From contig CAZSKK010000002.1 in the NCBI GenBank assembly GCA_964607415.1, positions 9,991 through 73,990 of the forward strand: DNA of 64,000 nucleotides. Direction: 5' to 3'. The stretch is from an uncultured Candidatus Saccharibacteria bacterium. GTDB lineage: Bacteria > Patescibacteriota > Dojkabacteria > J137. The translations under genes and the position numbers were made by a program. This document shows positions 9,676-19,884 of the stretch, piece by piece; the stretch's first letter is position 1; the number at the start of each line of letters is the position of its first letter. The notes beneath the pieces were generated by a model that did no database searches, was not told the DNA's origin, and saw nothing but the letters and a program-made list of their open reading frames with translations.

Positions 9676-10020
9676 ATGAGAGTAAAAAGAGGCCAGAACA
9701 AAAAAGCTAAACATAAAAAAGTTCTAAAACAAACAAAAGGATATAGACTATCATATAGCAAACTATATAGGAGAGCTAAGGAAGCATCGGGACATGCAGG
9801 TAGCTATAACTATGCACATAGATTAAGAAGAAAATCGCAAAAAAAAGAAGAATGGATAAAAACTATTTCTGCGGAGCTTTATAATCATGGAATTTCTTAC
9901 AGCAAATTCAGTAAAATGCTTAACGACAAGAAAGTAATTATCGATAAAAAAAACTTGGCAGAAATGATCGTAACAAGACCAGAAAGCTTCAAGATACTTG
10001 TTGAAACAGTTACTAAATAA
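9676..10020 (+). CDS. rplT: 50S ribosomal protein L20
   Basis: MRVKRG...KKVLKQTKGY, SYSKF, IDKKNLAEM. Confidence 0.95.
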   Translation: MRVKRGQNKKAKHKKVLKQTKGYRLSYSKLYRRAKEASGHAGSYNYAHRLRRKSQKKEEWIKTISAELYNHGISYSKFSKMLNDKKVIIDKKNLAEMIVTRPESFKILVETVTK

Positions 10021-10035
10021 TAAGTTAAAGAGATT

Positions 10036-10066
10036 AAAACAGGAGGAATTATTCCTCCTGTTTTTT
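10036..10066 (+). terminator. intrinsic (possibly bidirectional) terminator
   Basis: AAAACAGGAGGAA-tta-TTCCTCCTGTTTTTT between convergent rplT and PBP genes. Confidence 0.85.
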
Positions 10067-10087
10067 ATTATCTTTATTATCTTCCGG

Positions 10088-13000
10088 TTAGTTTATTGTA
10101 ATATTGCCACTATTGGGTGATCTTAATGTACCTGTATTGCCCACTGACACAAACACTACAAATGCGTATATGTCACCAACTTGCCTATCAGAAGGCGGCG
10201 TCCATGAATAGCTGTAAACATTTCCTATTTGATTCATATTTCCTGGCAATAGAGTTGTTGTAGTATTTCCGGCTCTAGTCCTAAGCTGATAAATTTGTGC
10301 AGTACCTACTGCATTAGGACCAGAATAAGTTACTGTAACAGCCTGATCTGGTAGTGAAGCAGGAGTTGCAGGTAAACTTGAAGGAAGTGGTCCAAAAGAA
10401 AGGTTTGAAGAAACCTCAGCACCTATTATAACTCTTATGTCTTGATTCCTTGTTAATGAGTTACTATCGCTAGCAGACAATCTTAAAGTATAAGTTCCAT
10501 TCTCTAAATTCAAAGACGCAATATTAAATGTCACATCGAAGTTAGAATATGTGGTTGAAGTACCAATTGGTAATCCATCAAGATAAAAACTAAGACTTGT
10601 TATATTTCCACTGGTAGTAAATACACTTCCACGAATATTTATATTGTTGCCAGAAATAACCTGGTTTGCAGTAGGAGCCTGAACAGAGAAGAAAGGACCA
10701 GGTGTTCCGGAACTTCTATCTATATTACATTGTTCTGTAGGGATTATATTTTGCTTAACGGTAGGATCTTCAGCACTTTTACCGCTGATGTAAGCATCTA
10801 AAAAATTCTGCCATCCAGCTACAGGGCTCTTATAATAAGTAAATTCTACTTCTTCAGCAAAACCTAGTGTTCTGTCTACATCTCTTGCAAGCCTGTCTCT
10901 TTGATCCCTGCAAACAGTAGCCCTTGTTCTTATGATTGTTCTTTCTGGATTCCTATCAACTATCATCCAGTTTCTTTCAAAACCTTGGCATTCTCCCGCG
11001 TCATTACAATCACCACCACCTTCATATACAAATCCCGGTCTATTTGTATCCCAAGATGTCTTGGCAGAGAAGTAAGGAGCTTCTCCTACATCTCTCATGT
11101 AATTTTTAACCCATGGTATTACAGTTGTTATTGGGAATGCTGCATTTGGATTCATTGGATAGTTGTTGTTATTTCCTACCCATCCAACAGTCACAAAATC
11201 AGGTGAATATGCCACAAACCAGTTATCCTTGTTGTCTTCTGATGTTCCTGTTTTACCAGATAAATCTCTTTGATCCCAGGAAAATCCATCAAGATTTTTT
11301 AATGATTGATTTAGAAGGTATACTCCTTGCGCATCTGCTACAGATTTTCTTTGCGGATTTGCTTGATATACTACATTTCCATCTTTATCTTCTATTTTTA
11401 AAATTGGGTCAAGCTGAACAAAGTCACCACCATTTGCAAATACACCGAAAGCCTGTGCATGTTCAACTGGATATACAGAAGTACCTCCAAGGATTACTGA
11501 GTGACCATAATCTTCATTATATGTGGTGTAGCCGAATTCTCGAGCTGTATTAACATAATTTTGAACACCAACCAATTCTACAACTTGTATAGCTGGAAGG
11601 TTTCTAGAATCTCTTAGCGCTTGCTGTGCAGTGTAGTTAATACCATTAAAGGTTCCATTCCAGTTTTTCGGACTATAACCTCCAATTTGAATAGGAATGT
11701 CTGGCAAGAAACTTCCTGGGAATAGCTTTCCTTCTTTGTAAGCCATATAATAACCCAATGGTTTATTTGTTGATCCAGGAGATTGTAGTGTTGTTAGAAC
11801 ATTAACTTGCGGATTGTATAGACAGTTTGCACCGTTACCGTCACAACCTTCACTAGTACCATAAAAGTCTTTAGACCCAACCATCGAAATGATTTGTCCA
11901 TTGCTTGGCGTTGTAGTTACAACGGCTGCATTATAAACATCCCAGTACGTGTAATCATTTCCAGCTCTTCTTACATAATCTTCTGCAATTCTTTGAATGT
12001 TATAGTCTAAAGAAGTATAGATCTTGTAGCCTCCAGAACCTAATTCAGCGTTTGTAAAAGGCTCCTGACCATTTTTGTAGTTTCTAGTTGTTAGTTGAGT
12101 TAGAACGTAGTCAACAAAGTGGCCGGCTTTTTTGTCAGTTGCAATAGGTGGTTTATATGCAAGTTCTTGATTTCTTGCTTCTTCAAGCATCTCCTTCGTA
12201 ATTACATCGTCCATTTCAGGATCATCGTAATTCTTTCTAGTTTGATCATTGATTTTTCCTAGATTATTTTCTAATTGGCCAAGAATATATAACTGTCTTT
12301 CCTTAACTTTAGCTTGAGCAGTTTCAGGATCAGGTAGGCCTTTTGTAGGTGAAAGCCTTGAAGGATTTTGAATAATAGCAGCTAAAATTGCTCCTTCTGC
12401 TAATGTTAAATCTTTTGGATCTTTATCAAAATAGAATTGTGAAGCTGTATTAATACCATAAATGGTTGCTCCAAAAGGTGCAACTTGCAAATACATTTGC
12501 AAAATATCGTCCTTAGAGTTTGATTGCTCAACTTTAATAGAAAGAAGAACTTCTTTTATTTTTCTTTCAATTTTTACCTCACTTTGTTTAGTTGTGATTT
12601 TCACCAACTGCTGGGTAATTGTACTTCCTCCACAAACATTATTTGAATCTTTTACATAGTTAACTCCACAACGCAGAATAGCTGCAGGGTCAAATCCTTT
12701 ATGTTCATAAAATGATTCGTCTTCTGCTGCAATAAATGCCCATTTTACGTACTCAGGAATTTCTTCGATATTTACAGGGTCGCTATTATATTGTTCATCG
12801 ATTTGTCTATATAATAAAGTGCCCTTACCATCTCCTTGCTCTAGCTCGTTTCTATCATAAATTTCACTTGCTACTGGGATCTCGGGAAAAACTGCATCTG
12901 TTGTTGGAATTTCTTTATTAAGTCTCTGAAGCCATGAAAATAGCAATAATCCAATAATTGCTCCAGCTACAATAAATACTGTAGCCAAAACTAGAGCAAT

Positions 13001-13168
13001 TTTTTTTAACCGTTTTGATACTTTTTTACTAAGCTTAAATTTTTTAGAAGATCTAACTCTTGATTTATTTAAATTGCTTTTTGCTATAGCAAGCCTAGCA
13101 TTGCTAGAAGAGTACAGTGATTTACTTCGTGTTTTCTTTGTATTTAATGATGTTTTCTTTGTTTTCAT
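10088..13168 (-). CDS. class A penicillin-binding protein (transglycosylase/transpeptidase) with C-terminal Ig-like domains
   Basis: AAEDESFYEHKGFD, GGSTITQQLVK, RKIKE, SPGSTNKP (SxxK), SRN, KTGT; beta-rich C-terminus. Confidence 0.93.
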   Translation of the reverse strand: MKTKKTSLNTKKTRSKSLYSSSNARLAIAKSNLNKSRVRSSKKFKLSKKVSKRLKKIALVLATVFIVAGAIIGLLLFSWLQRLNKEIPTTDAVFPEIPVASEIYDRNELEQGDGKGTLLYRQIDEQYNSDPVNIEEIPEYVKWAFIAAEDESFYEHKGFDPAAILRCGVNYVKDSNNVCGGSTITQQLVKITTKQSEVKIERKIKEVLLSIKVEQSNSKDDILQMYLQVAPFGATIYGINTASQFYFDKDPKDLTLAEGAILAAIIQNPSRLSPTKGLPDPETAQAKVKERQLYILGQLENNLGKINDQTRKNYDDPEMDDVITKEMLEEARNQELAYKPPIATDKKAGHFVDYVLTQLTTRNYKNGQEPFTNAELGSGGYKIYTSLDYNIQRIAEDYVRRAGNDYTYWDVYNAAVVTTTPSNGQIISMVGSKDFYGTSEGCDGNGANCLYNPQVNVLTTLQSPGSTNKPLGYYMAYKEGKLFPGSFLPDIPIQIGGYSPKNWNGTFNGINYTAQQALRDSRNLPAIQVVELVGVQNYVNTAREFGYTTYNEDYGHSVILGGTSVYPVEHAQAFGVFANGGDFVQLDPILKIEDKDGNVVYQANPQRKSVADAQGVYLLNQSLKNLDGFSWDQRDLSGKTGTSEDNKDNWFVAYSPDFVTVGWVGNNNNYPMNPNAAFPITTVIPWVKNYMRDVGEAPYFSAKTSWDTNRPGFVYEGGGDCNDAGECQGFERNWMIVDRNPERTIIRTRATVCRDQRDRLARDVDRTLGFAEEVEFTYYKSPVAGWQNFLDAYISGKSAEDPTVKQNIIPTEQCNIDRSSGTPGPFFSVQAPTANQVISGNNINIRGSVFTTSGNITSLSFYLDGLPIGTSTTYSNFDVTFNIASLNLENGTYTLRLSASDSNSLTRNQDIRVIIGAEVSSNLSFGPLPSSLPATPASLPDQAVTVTYSGPNAVGTAQIYQLRTRAGNTTTTLLPGNMNQIGNVYSYSWTPPSDRQVGDIYAFVVFVSVGNTGTLRSPNSGNITIN

Positions 13169-13316
13169 ATATAAAACTATCAATTAATCCTGTAAATATT
13201 TGCGCTTCTTTATTAAAGTACAAAAAAGTGTACACTTGGATCTAAGCGCATAAAATAGTATACAATAAGATAGACTTAAGTGTAAGAAAAAGTTCAAGTT
13301 CGAAATCTTTACTGAT

Positions 13317-13709
13317 TTACTTTAATCGTTCAAGCAGCCCTCTTCTTTTTACAATGTTTTTGTAATCCCACTGAATTTCTCGTGATTTTTTAAGCCAGCG
13401 CTTCAAATCCTTTACGTTTATCTGATCAACTGAGGTATATAAAATTGAAGCATCTTTAAATTTACCCGTTCCTATTTTAAGCTGAGGTTCATCGAAACTT
13501 AAGCCGCTCCAAAACATCAGTCTTACCCCATCTTTCAACTTATTATAGCCTACAATTGGGTTTCCCTGCAAAAACCAGACCGGATGTCTGTGCCAGATTT
13601 TATTTTCTGCATCGACCAAGAATTTATCAATATTATTGGCAAGAAGATCACATATTTCCTTATCTGCTTCAGTTTGTCTGCCATTGTATTCTTTAATTTC
13701 TACTTCCAT
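13317..13709 (-). CDS. DUF1801 (YdhG-like) protein
   Basis: ENKIWHRHPVWFLQGNPIVGY, LMFWSG, QWDYKNIVKRRG. Confidence 0.8.
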   Translation of the reverse strand: MEVEIKEYNGRQTEADKEICDLLANNIDKFLVDAENKIWHRHPVWFLQGNPIVGYNKLKDGVRLMFWSGLSFDEPQLKIGTGKFKDASILYTSVDQINVKDLKRWLKKSREIQWDYKNIVKRRGLLERLK

Positions 13710-13854
13710 ATTATCGCATTTTATATGAAAATTTCTTGGAAGGAAATAGATAGGGTTTTTGAAAGTATTAAGGAGAACTACTTCAGTTTAAGTTGAAGTG
13801 TAAGCTTAAGTATCGAGTCTATTGCTAGTTACTTAAACTATTGCTAATTTTTTT

Positions 13855-13942
13855 TGGCGGAGGGAGTGAGATTCGAACTCACGGTCCCTTGCGAGACGCC
13901 CGTTTTCAAGACGGGTACATTAGACCACTCTGCCATCCCTCC
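13855..13942 (-). tRNA. tRNA-Ser(TGA), CCA encoded
   Basis: GGAGGGA acceptor, CCCGT-ctTGAaa-ACGGG anticodon arm, long variable arm, GTTCGAATC, GCCA end. Confidence 0.95.
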
Positions 13943-14159
13943 CGAGATTGTTTCTCTAAAAAGCTTCGAAATTATAGCACTAAAACACAATCTGTTGTAG
14001 AAATTTTATCTTCTTTCTTTAATCATTTACCTTTCCACTTCTAACAATTTAAGTTCTCTTCCCCTTAGTCACTGTCAATGCTGCTGGACAATACATATAC
14101 TGCATATATACGCTCCTTGAGCATTCTGTATACAACCAAGCGCATCCATCTAAAATATT

Positions 14160-14187
14160 TTGACAATTCCTGCACATGTGATAAAAT
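14160..14187 (+). promoter_or_regulatory. sigma70-type promoter of the NYN gene
   Basis: TTGACA, 16 nt, TGnTAAAAT extended -10. Confidence 0.55.
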
Positions 14188-14216
14188 TCCGGAAGAATTA
14201 AATCCTAACCCCAAAA

Positions 14217-14711
14217 ATGCCTGAACATATTTATTGTTTTATAGATAGCCAAAACCTTAGCTTAGGCATAAAAGCCCAAGGTTGGAAACTTGACTATCAA
14301 AAATTCCTTGTATACCTTAAAGATAAGTACAATGTACAAAAAACTTTTTTGTTTATTGGATACATTCCTGGATACGAAACATTTTACAATGCTCTAAAGG
14401 CCTTTGGATATGAACTTGTGTTTAAACCCACGTTCGAGATGCACTACAGCAAATCTAAAGCCAGCACCGATGTAGAACTTACCTTAAAAGCTCTGATAGA
14501 ATTTGAGAACTATGACAAGGCACTGTTAGTCACTGGAGATGGAGACTTTTACTGCTTGATTGATTATTTAAAAAAGAAAAATAAATTCCTAAAGGTTTTA
14601 GTACCAAACCATTCAAGTTATTCAAAACTATTAAATTTTCATGCAGCACATCGAATTGATTTTATGAATAATCTTAGAAATAAATTGGAGTATAAACAAG
14701 TAGATTATTAG
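14217..14711 (+). CDS. NYN-domain (LabA/DUF88, PIN-like) putative ribonuclease
   Basis: FIDSQNL, KASTDVEL, LVTGDGDF acidic active-site motifs. Confidence 0.88.
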   Translation: MPEHIYCFIDSQNLSLGIKAQGWKLDYQKFLVYLKDKYNVQKTFLFIGYIPGYETFYNALKAFGYELVFKPTFEMHYSKSKASTDVELTLKALIEFENYDKALLVTGDGDFYCLIDYLKKKNKFLKVLVPNHSSYSKLLNFHAAHRIDFMNNLRNKLEYKQVDY

Positions 14712-14980
14712 TAAGCAAAAAAAAGAGAGGCAATTATATAAGGACTATCCCTTATAAACCTCCTCTCAATCGTAATGACAATATTTATTTTACCAGCACC
14801 GCAAAATAAAGTAAAATATTTTTGCAGGTATTTTTGTCTGCGCTATTCTATATAATTGTGGAACAATTATGAGTAAAAGAAAAGAGAAGCATAAAAGCAC
14901 CGTTTGGTGGATTATAATGATAGTTATAGTTCTAAGTCTGTTACTTCCGCCACTTCTGGCAATAATTCAACTAATTAATA

Positions 14981-16987
14981 ATGCTTGATTTAATGCAACT
15001 GACTGACTCTGTAACTACGCTAAAACAAATAAGTAGTTCGTACGAACAGTTACTTAATAAACTAGAAATTAAATCTTTAAAAGATTTACTTACATACTTC
15101 CCAAGAAAGTACGAAAACGCTACAGCGATAGATCAAATTAGCGATATATTTTTAGAGCCAAACGAAAAGAAAGATTATATTCTAAAAGTAAATGTTTTGA
15201 AATTCACGAATGCTTACCTAAGAAGCAGGAAGACATTACAGCGGGCAGAACTAAATGATAATTCCGGGTCAATTAAAGCCATGTGGTTTAATCAACCGTA
15301 TTTGGAACAGGCATTAAAAGGAAATGCAAAATTTCTCATGAAAGGAAGAATCAGATCCAAAGGAAAGACTATAACCTTTTATCCTAATATTTACGAACCA
15401 ATAATTGAAGATAGAGAGAATGTACACCTGGGAAGGATAGTTCCAGAGTATTCATTAACGGAAGGTGTGAGTAGAAAATGGTTTAGGAATAGAATTAAAT
15501 ATCTAATCGACAACATCGACAGCATAGATATACCTAATGAACTTGCTTACTTTATTGATGATAAGACATTAAAACAATCAATCGCTCAGCTACACTTTCC
15601 TGAAAGCTTTGATGCCGTTAAGCTTGCGGAACAAAAACTTTCTTTAATGGAACTTACAAATATTCAGCTTCAATTAGAAGAAAAACGGCTCAGAAATAAA
15701 AAATTTAAAGCACCAATCATTGGTAAAGAAAATGAAGAACTGATTGACAACTTTATAAAAAGATTACCTTATGATTTAACTTCAGACCAAAGCAGTATCA
15801 TTACACACCTAGTTAAAAAAATAGAAGCTAGACAACTTCTTAATGAATTAATTCAAGGAGATGTAGGATCCGGTAAAACTATTGTTGCGGCAATTGTAGC
15901 TTTAGTAGTTGCAAATTCTGGCTATCAAGTTGCGATTTTCACACCCACAACTATTCTTGCCAAACAACATTTCAAGACATTTACTGAACTTTTTAGCCAA
16001 AACCCAGATATAAAAATCGAGTTTATAACTTCAGAGAATAAAAAGACAAAAGATGCCGATATTTTGATTGGTACATCAGCAATTTTGGCAAGAAAGACCA
16101 ATTTAATCAAAAATTTGGGTTGTGTGATTGTAGACGAACAGCATAAGTTTGGAGTTACACAAAGAGAAGAACTGCTAGAACCTTTTCAGCAATCAATAAA
16201 CACATCCCAGTTCCCACATTACATAAATATGACGGCAACTCCTATTCCCAGAACAATTGCACAAACATTTTTTGGTGATTTAGAAATATCCTCTATAAAA
16301 ACCAAACCTAAAGATAGAAAACCCGTGAAAACATTTCTAATAGAAGAAAAAAAGAGATTGGGGTGTCTAGAATGGATCGAAGAAGAAGTTAAAAAGGGCA
16401 ACCAAGCCTATTGGGTATGCCCACTTATATCTGAATCTGAAAAGCTAGAAATAGCTTCCGCTGAGGAAATTTATAAAAAACTTAAAAAATTAAAGAAAAA
16501 TATTAGATTCGGCCTTTTACATGGGCAAATGAAGCAAACTGAAAAATCAAAAATAATGAATAGCTTTGTAAGTGGAGAAATCGACATTTTGGTTTCAACA
16601 ACAGTTATTGAAGTGGGGGTTGACGTTCCAAACGCAACAATTATGGTTATCGAATCAGCTGAACGATTTGGATTGGCTCAGCTTCATCAAATCAGAGGAC
16701 GTGTTGGTAGGAGTGGCAAACAATCATGGTGCTTTTTGTTCCAAAGCAGTATTAGCCCTACAAGCAATGAACGTCTAACTTTTCTTGCAAACAATTTTGA
16801 TGGGAGTAAGATTGCTGAATTTGACCTAAAAACACGTGGACCTGGAGAAGTTTATGGTCAAAGACAAACAGGAGTACCTAATCTTAAAATTGCAAAACTA
16901 AACGATATTGAATTGATAAACAAAAGCAGAATCATTGCTGAAAAGTTGTATAATGATGGCGTTAGAAAAATCGAACTTTTTAGTTAA
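14981..16987 (+). CDS. recG: ATP-dependent DNA helicase RecG
   Basis: QGDVGSGKT, DEQHKFG, MTATPIPRT, AERFGLAQLHQIRGRVGR, RGPGE. Confidence 0.97.
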   Translation: MLDLMQLTDSVTTLKQISSSYEQLLNKLEIKSLKDLLTYFPRKYENATAIDQISDIFLEPNEKKDYILKVNVLKFTNAYLRSRKTLQRAELNDNSGSIKAMWFNQPYLEQALKGNAKFLMKGRIRSKGKTITFYPNIYEPIIEDRENVHLGRIVPEYSLTEGVSRKWFRNRIKYLIDNIDSIDIPNELAYFIDDKTLKQSIAQLHFPESFDAVKLAEQKLSLMELTNIQLQLEEKRLRNKKFKAPIIGKENEELIDNFIKRLPYDLTSDQSSIITHLVKKIEARQLLNELIQGDVGSGKTIVAAIVALVVANSGYQVAIFTPTTILAKQHFKTFTELFSQNPDIKIEFITSENKKTKDADILIGTSAILARKTNLIKNLGCVIVDEQHKFGVTQREELLEPFQQSINTSQFPHYINMTATPIPRTIAQTFFGDLEISSIKTKPKDRKPVKTFLIEEKKRLGCLEWIEEEVKKGNQAYWVCPLISESEKLEIASAEEIYKKLKKLKKNIRFGLLHGQMKQTEKSKIMNSFVSGEIDILVSTTVIEVGVDVPNATIMVIESAERFGLAQLHQIRGRVGRSGKQSWCFLFQSSISPTSNERLTFLANNFDGSKIAEFDLKTRGPGEVYGQRQTGVPNLKIAKLNDIELINKSRIIAEKLYNDGVRKIELFS

Positions 16988-16998
16988 GTTACTTACTT

Positions 16999-17841
16999 AT
17001 GAACATATTTCAAATCATTGTATTGGGTGCTGTCCAGGGCGCGACGGAGTTTATTCCGGTATCTAGTTCTGCGCACATTTTAATTTTTGAAAAGATTCTT
17101 GGTGTTTCTTCTGAGAATGAAAATTTAAATGCAATTAGTGTATTTTTACATCTTGGAACATTAATAGCTCTACTTTTATACTACAGATTAAGACTTAAAA
17201 CTTATGCATTAGATTTATTCAGCAAAGATAAGCAAAAGGCACGCACAACACTAAAACTTGTTTTTAAAATAGCAATTGCCTCAATTCCAATTGCCTTAGT
17301 AGGATTTCTTATTGAAAATAATCTGGATGAATTTTATGGAAAAGTTGAAAATCAGGACAAAGCATTGCTTTTAATTTCAACAACTCTTTTTTTATTTGGA
17401 CTATTATTTATTTTTAGCGAAAAACTTTTCAAAAATTCCAATAGCAAAATTACAGAATTAAAATATAAAAATTCTTTCTTTATTGGGCTTCTACAAATAC
17501 TGGCTTTAATATATGGGATTTCTAGATCTGGTTCTACAATAATAGCAGGAATGTTGAATGGGCTTAAAAAAGAAGAGGCCTTAGATTTTTCATTTTTGGT
17601 GAGTATCCCTGTAGTTGGCGGTGCAACAATTTATAAAACTTCCGAGTTAATTGTGAATAATTCTCTAACATCTACAGATGTGACCAACTATATAGCTGGA
17701 GTAGTAAGCTCGTTTGTGGTTGGATATTTTTCTATAAGTTTTCTTTTCAAATTTATAAAAACAAATAATCTAAAAATCTTTGGTATCTACAGAATTTTAC
17801 TATCTGCTGGTATAATTCTGATGTTGTTGTTTAATTTTTAA
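16999..17841 (+). CDS. uppP: undecaprenyl-diphosphate phosphatase
   Basis: QGATEFIPVSSSAH, HLGT, GISRSGSTI. Confidence 0.95.
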   Translation: MNIFQIIVLGAVQGATEFIPVSSSAHILIFEKILGVSSENENLNAISVFLHLGTLIALLLYYRLRLKTYALDLFSKDKQKARTTLKLVFKIAIASIPIALVGFLIENNLDEFYGKVENQDKALLLISTTLFLFGLLFIFSEKLFKNSNSKITELKYKNSFFIGLLQILALIYGISRSGSTIIAGMLNGLKKEEALDFSFLVSIPVVGGATIYKTSELIVNNSLTSTDVTNYIAGVVSSFVVGYFSISFLFKFIKTNNLKIFGIYRILLSAGIILMLLFNF

Positions 17842-17843
17842 TA

Positions 17844-18305
17844 ATGGCAAGAGAAATAATACTTGTTTTAGATAACATTCGTTCAGCCTTAAATGTTGGC
17901 AGCATTTTCAGAACCTCAGATTGCCTTGGAGTAAAAGAAATACACATTATTGGAATTAGTCCTACACCTAATCATCCAAAGGTAAAAAAGACAGCAATTG
18001 GGGCAGAAGGTTACGTTAAGTGGAAGTACTTTAAATCTGTTAGAGAAAGTATCGATGATCTAAAAGAACGAGGGTATAAAATATATGCTGTAGAGCAGGT
18101 CAAAAATTCTAAAATTTTTAACGAGGTAACTTATCCCGATAAAGTAGCTTTAATCTTTGGACATGAGCTTACAGGGGTTAGTACTGACGGACTCGAATTG
18201 GCAGATTTAATTGTAGAAATTCCTATGTCAGGAAAAAAGAATTCATTAAATGTTTCCTTAACATCTGGTATCGTATTATCTTATTTAGTCTTTTCACATG
18301 ATTAA
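17844..18305 (+). CDS. TrmH/SpoU family RNA methyltransferase
   Basis: LDNIRSALNVGSIFRT, FGHE, IPMSGKKNSLNVS. Confidence 0.92.
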   Translation: MAREIILVLDNIRSALNVGSIFRTSDCLGVKEIHIIGISPTPNHPKVKKTAIGAEGYVKWKYFKSVRESIDDLKERGYKIYAVEQVKNSKIFNEVTYPDKVALIFGHELTGVSTDGLELADLIVEIPMSGKKNSLNVSLTSGIVLSYLVFSHD

Positions 18306-18861
18306 TAAACTTAACCCAAGAATAATTGCTGGTGAATTTAAAAATAAAAAACTTTTAGTGCCTTTTGACTCCAGGCCAGTTACAGATAGAGTAAAAAAAA
18401 CAATTTTTGATATTTTAGGCGATTACGTCGAAAATTCTCTTGTTGTAGATTTATTTGCAGGTGCTGGAAGCTTTGGCTGTGAGGCTTTGAGTAGAGGAGC
18501 AAGTATTACTTACTTTATGGATTCTTCAGAAGATGCAATTCAAACTATAAAGGAAAACTTAGCTAACTTAGCTATTGATTCCGGTAGGTTTAAGGTAATC
18601 AAAACAGATTTTGATAACTTCATAAGAAAAAATAAGGGATTAGATGCAGATTTAGTTTTTGTGGATCCACCATTTTTTATGTGTGAAGACTTTCCAGTTT
18701 TTAAGCTTTTAAGAATATTAAAAAATGGTGGGGTTGCAGTATTCAAATTACCTTCAGAAATACGCGACCCACATATTCCAAATAGTTTTGAAATTTTAAA
18801 AGATAAGGAAATAGGTATAAACAGGGTGTTAATTCTGCAGAAAAACACAAAAAAAGACTAA
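18298..18861 (+). CDS. rsmD: RsmD-family 16S rRNA m2G966 methyltransferase
   Basis: RIIAG, RPVTDRVK, DLFAGAGSFGCEALSRGA, FVDPPF. Confidence 0.9.
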   Translation: MINKLNPRIIAGEFKNKKLLVPFDSRPVTDRVKKTIFDILGDYVENSLVVDLFAGAGSFGCEALSRGASITYFMDSSEDAIQTIKENLANLAIDSGRFKVIKTDFDNFIRKNKGLDADLVFVDPPFFMCEDFPVFKLLRILKNGGVAVFKLPSEIRDPHIPNSFEILKDKEIGINRVLILQKNTKKD

Positions 18862-18969
18862 AAATTCCCCAAATTTGTATTGCAATACAATGCGTAAGAA
18901 AAAAATTTGAAATAAAATTAGGTCACTTAGAGGTTATCTATAGTGTTGGGGTAGGATTCATCTCTAGGT

Positions 18970-18988
18970 TCCCCTCCGCAAGGAGGGG
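18970..18988. repeat. GC-rich palindrome TCCCCTCC-GCAA-GGAGGGGA
   Basis: 8-bp perfect stem with GNRA loop in intergenic DNA; related to palindromes near 54060 and 62221. Confidence 0.55.
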
Positions 18989-19176
18989 AGGAAAAGAAGC
19001 TTAAGAGAAATTTTTTATAATGGTTTTATTTCGAAAATTAAGTCTATTTGGAAATCTAAAAACTAAATAATCATAAACCTTGCTTCTTACATTTCAAATT
19101 AAAGTTATTTCCTTTACTAACCTGCCTACCCATGCTACAATTTCATGTTTAAATTACAGTTTTTATAAAATAAAAT

Positions 19177-19395
19177 ATGGCAGCAACAATGAAACATAGA
19201 CGGTCTAAGAGTAAGAGAAATAGCACACGAAGCTCTAATAGATACGATAAATTACTAACTAAATTTAAAAAGATAAAAAAACAAGGTGGTAAGACACTAG
19301 CGAAAACCTCTACAAATAAATTTGTTCCACCTCATACTGTAACGAAAGACAATCCTGTGTATAATGGTGTTAAGGTTCTAAATACAGAGGAATAA
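19177..19395 (+). CDS. rpmF: 50S ribosomal protein L32 (Cys-free)
   Basis: MAA.MKHRRSKSKRN.RS, PPHTV, YNG; precedes nusB-rnc. Confidence 0.8.
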   Translation: MAATMKHRRSKSKRNSTRSSNRYDKLLTKFKKIKKQGGKTLAKTSTNKFVPPHTVTKDNPVYNGVKVLNTEE

Positions 19396-19400
19396 ATAAA

Positions 19401-19859
19401 ATGTCTACTAGCAGTCAAAATCCTTCAAAAGATACCAGGCATGTAACCAGGGTATTAGTTATACAATACCTTTTCTCTAAAGCTAAAGCGGATCAACTAA
19501 GTATTGCTGAGAAGTCTGCAAGTTTTGACCCTCTATCCATTTTAAATGGAATTCTAGAAGAAAAAAAATTTAATAGAAAGCTATATGAAAAAATAGTTGA
19601 AGGTGTGGAAGAAAATACAAAAAAAATTGATAAAATAATAACTAAATATGCTCCAGAATGGCCTTTAGACCAGATTAATACAGTAGATTTGTGCATTCTA
19701 CGTGCTTCTATTTGGGAAGCATTTATTGGAGAAATTACTCCAAGTAAAGTGGTTATTAATGAGGCAATCGAACTTTCAAAAGAACTAAGTTCTGAAGAAA
19801 GCGCAGGTTTTATTAACGGTGTTTTAGGAAATATTTTAAAAAATACGAAGCTAAAATAA
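19401..19859 (+). CDS. nusB: transcription antitermination factor NusB
   Basis: WPLDQINTVDLCILR, KVVINEAIELSK, FINGVLG. Confidence 0.95.
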   Translation: MSTSSQNPSKDTRHVTRVLVIQYLFSKAKADQLSIAEKSASFDPLSILNGILEEKKFNRKLYEKIVEGVEENTKKIDKIITKYAPEWPLDQINTVDLCILRASIWEAFIGEITPSKVVINEAIELSKELSSEESAGFINGVLGNILKNTKLK

Positions 19860-19884
19860 TATTAAGGTAATAATTATTAACAGT

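Noticed and set aside
10901-12921. Short antisense/overlapping ORFs within the PBP gene (likewise within gyrB, gyrA, recG, pilM, ruvA, tsf)
   Set aside because: They lie inside well-supported genes on the opposite strand or in another frame and show no protein-like motifs.
13841-14044. 67-aa ORF
   Set aside because: It is antisense to tRNA-Ser and therefore a shadow ORF.
13317-14711. Integrated element at tRNA-Ser
   Set aside because: No integrase and no duplicated tRNA 3' end were seen; only isolated accessory genes flank the tRNA.
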